From NCBI RefSeq assembly GCF_964204645.1, contig NC_134025.1:6758001-6822000 (forward strand): a stretch of 64,000 nt of DNA, written 5' to 3'. The notes below the pieces were generated by a model. The model did no database searches. It was given only the letters and a program-made list of their open reading frames with translations, and was not told the origin of the DNA. Both the position numbers and the translations under genes were made by a program. Positions 61,301 to 64,000 of this stretch are shown in pieces; positions within the stretch are counted from its first letter, which is position 1; each line of letters begins with the position of its first letter. The DNA is from Tubulanus polymorphus. Taxonomy: Eukaryota; Animalia; Nemertea.

Positions 61301-64000
61301 GGGTTACTGGTATAATGCAATAGATAACGTCTGAATGGAGAAATGTTTGGATTACTCTTACTTATGATAAAAATAGACAATATATTTATAAATATGTGAG
61401 AACAAAACTTATACTGATCCGTGCCAAGTTTCGTGATAAATTGTGCGTTTTAGATTTTTCAGTCAGTTGTGCTAAGAGTAAATGTATTTTGGCTCCAATT
61501 CCAGTTAAAAATGATGCATGGCTTAAAACTTTTTTCAATATGAATGATATAAGCTGACTTCAGAGATGTCTGCTTTCACTACACACTTGTATTGTTTAAT
61601 GATCATGTTGCACTGGTCTTGTGATCATCACTACTTTGCTTTTGACTAGTACACGTATTTGCATGTGTCGTGTTTTGTTTTTACAGTCCAAAAAAACGGA
61701 TAGCTATGACCCAAACCCTGATCAACCCGATTCTAAAGAAAGTAGCCGTCGTTGTCAATGTACTCCAGGGGAGGTAACTTGAAAATGATACTAATGAATG
61801 CATGCTTGGTATGGGCACATCTAACCATAAGCCTGGTTATCAGTGTAGAGACCATTATGATAAACTTCTGGTATAGGTCTTCATTATATTACATATTTAC
61901 TAACTACTATAAGGATTTGAGATGAGCCTGGCTTTGTCAATACTATTTGTGTTTCATGAAGCTGTTAACTCTCTAACCTTTTTTCTTTATATTAACACCA
62001 CTTATGGTTGTCAATCCTAACTTGCTTGACATGTTTCACAAATTTCTCATTCTTCATCCCTTTTTTCTTCTAACACTTTTATTGATGCGTGATATCTATC
62101 TACCTTGTCTTTTTCATTTACTCCTTCTTATGCTTTATTTTTTCTCGTTATTTCCTTTGCCTTCCAGACGGTTACTACCCGTAAACTTTATAAAATGCGT
62201 TGGTATGATTACGACCATGAAGAGTCGACTCCGTACTACGACTCGTTCACTGTAGGTACTCTGACTGGACAAAATAATGTTAGTTCCTTTTCCGTGCCAT
62301 TCAGTGTTACACGTTACGGTTTGTCAGTAAAATATAACTGTCAAAACTGTCTGCAATGTGCTTCGACTACGTGTTAAAAAAATCAGACGCCGAGTGTGGA
62401 AAACTTCACTCCAGTCACTGTATGAATGCACGACCAGCCGCAGTGGCTACTGGCTATCTTGTCACTTAAACCCATCAATGCTTCGGCTTTGTAAGAATTT
62501 GCTGATAATGCTTGTTATATCCATGTGTATCATCTCGTCCTTCATTTTTTCATTAGAAGAACGGCGAGTTCTTCCCATTTTCTCTGCCTTGTCCACCATC
62601 TTGCTCTGAATGAATGAGAAAATGTTATAACGAGTTCCATCGATGTTATTATGACTGAACATACTCTTCTCAATGTGTTTGCTGATCCAGTGTTATTTCT
62701 GAAAAAAAATGATGTATTAAGTTATTTGTATGGGCAATCAGAAGTATGCTGTTCAACCATCACCAAAATTCGATGTTTCATCAATTCTAGTCAGAGGGTA
62801 CCGTATATCTACTCCTGATGGTCGTCAACTCATTGTTTGTTAAGAATATTTGTCTTTTAACTAACCAAGAAAACTACAAGACTTTGCTGCTGAATGTTTT
62901 AGAATTTTGTAGCACAACCTAACATGGTGCAAGAAAATCCTTCCTTTCGATGATATAGTTCAATCTTTGATGTTTTCATGTTATCACAATTTGTTATACT
63001 TTCTATGCTTTCTGCTCCAGGAAGGGGTAAGTTATTTCCACCAGTAGTACAGTAACCTACCTAACACAATACCTTCACATTTATTATACACCTATTGTAT
63101 GTAGATTTAAAACATGAAATGTTTAAAACAGAAGTGGAAGAGTTGAATTCTTCGACCAGAATATAGTAATTAGTTCTAGTTCAGTATCAAAAATTGTCAT
63201 TGATGATATGCCATATTATAGTTGGATTATATGTGAAATAGTATCATGAATAATAAGTCAGATGAGCCTGACAAGGTTTCTTCTGCTAGAAAAAAGGGGT
63301 ACTAATGGGACCATCTACATTCCACCACTATAATAAGTGAGACTCGGGTTGAATGCACGTTCTGTTTCAATTACATATGGATAGATATGAACACTCATGA
63401 AGCCTGAGATATGTTAGACCTTAGAGAATGTATAATTGTACAATAGACATGCATAATTGTATATGATGATCAAATAATGATTTTCAGAATTTGTACCATT
63501 ATTTCTCATGGATAAGATAATCACTTTTCTACAGTTCTGCATTCAATTTAACTCATGTTATTTGACTCTAGAGAACTCTAGAACTGTGGAATTGGCACTG
63601 GTACGGAAGGTTGCAAATTTCCATGAAAATGTTGACATGTTTATTGTGTGTTTTGGTATAACCTTCCAAAGTTCCCAAATAAAAATTGCTGATACCCATT
63701 TTATTTTGTCCATTTCAATGTTAATGTAGTATTTTGTTCAATTTTTACAATATAGGCAATTTTTCTGTTGTAACAAGATATGATATTCATCGAGACTAAG
63801 ATTACGTATTGTTCTTTCATTCTAAGATGATAATATTCAGCAAATTGTTTCTTTTTCAGGTCAAATCGTCCTAATCATTGTCTTTTTTCTCCTATGCTGT
63901 GACAGGTTAAAAAACGCTTGTATCATTTACATTGATATCTTGAATTTTATTTCAGTTCAGAAAATGGCTGAAAGACAACCTGTTGTTAGTCTTGACAGTA
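58400..64000 (+). CDS. SLC1A-family excitatory/neutral amino acid transporter (EAAT/ASCT), N-terminal part, continues beyond window
   Basis: Phase-0 exons 58400-58414 (within exon 58317-58414, donor GCG|GTAAGT), 61687-61773 and 63956-64000 give MIKIA|SKKTDSYDPNPDQPDSKESSRRCQCTPGE|FRKWLKDNLLLVLTV. The segment WLKDNLLLVLTV matches the TM1 entry of SLC1A transporters (cf. EAAT2 KNLLLTLTV). Only 15 diagnostic residues are visible. Confidence 0.75.
59636..59929 (-). CDS. Hypothetical 97-aa ORF nested antisense in an SLC1A intron (gene fragment or pseudogene)
   Basis: Protein-like composition (MVKFIFADFRPFKN...DQWQIITVEKL), start context GAAATGG, CCAAT and a TTATAT element just upstream. No family recognised. 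Confidence 0.3.
   Translation of the reverse strand: MVKFIFADFRPFKNTVFDKCTKETLTRTWDDNLQVYGDQWQIITVEKLICEFIGLKKLDVYGTKKKNITLHTESRCQPNQPFILPHQVTFTELKCRN
60195..60296 (+). CDS. Alternative first coding exon of the SLC1A gene
   Basis: MNDAATKEPMMMAEGGSYSPSSRKSQCCVNCFTS, 102 nt, ending at the phase-0 donor AGT|GTAAGT, in frame with exon 63956. ATTGG box at ~59995 upstream. Confidence 0.6.

Noticed and set aside
63860-63905. Alternative acceptor or exon upstream of the TM1 exon
   Set aside because: In-frame TAA within five codons and a length that is not a multiple of three.
63964-64000. AAAATGG start giving MAERQPVVSLDS
   Set aside because: The other frame (FRKWLKDNLLLVLTV) matches SLC1A TM1 and joins the upstream phase-0 exons.

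Overview
AT-rich animal genomic DNA with spliceosomal introns mostly ~70-150 bp, probably a lophotrochozoan invertebrate (inferred from intron size, gene content and repeat types). It is not prokaryotic: no CRISPR arrays, operons or rRNA. Five genes alternate in orientation. (1) The 3' two-thirds of an EML5/6-type WD40/TAPE microtubule protein (+, 26 exons, 7-6929). (2) A two-exon TEX55/C3orf30-like gene (-, 8400-8951). (3) A complete 499-aa Rel/Dorsal-class NF-kB (+, 10693-13240), head-to-head with the TEX55-like gene across a promoter carrying Dorsal-type kB and AP-1 sites. (4) A SERTA-domain gene (-, 20321-21178) with two candidate promoters and probably a ~5-kb 3'UTR. (5) The 5' end of an SLC1A/EAAT amino-acid transporter (+) that the ORF track misses; I assembled it from small exons at 58400-64000, with a likely non-coding first exon near 29 kb. 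The rest is intron or intergenic sequence with MITEs, Helentron-like tandem repeats, LINE debris and a tRNA-Ser fragment. Best leads: EML-Rel-SERTAD-SLC1A microsynteny recalling human 2p16-p14, alternative Cys-rich N-termini and a 6-nt microexon in SLC1A, a YCAY-flanked 6-nt microexon in EML, Rel autoregulation at a bidirectional promoter, and a (TA)63 cruciform with perfect 18-bp arms. I see no convincing wholly new biological system. All splice models were read by eye and need RNA-seq.
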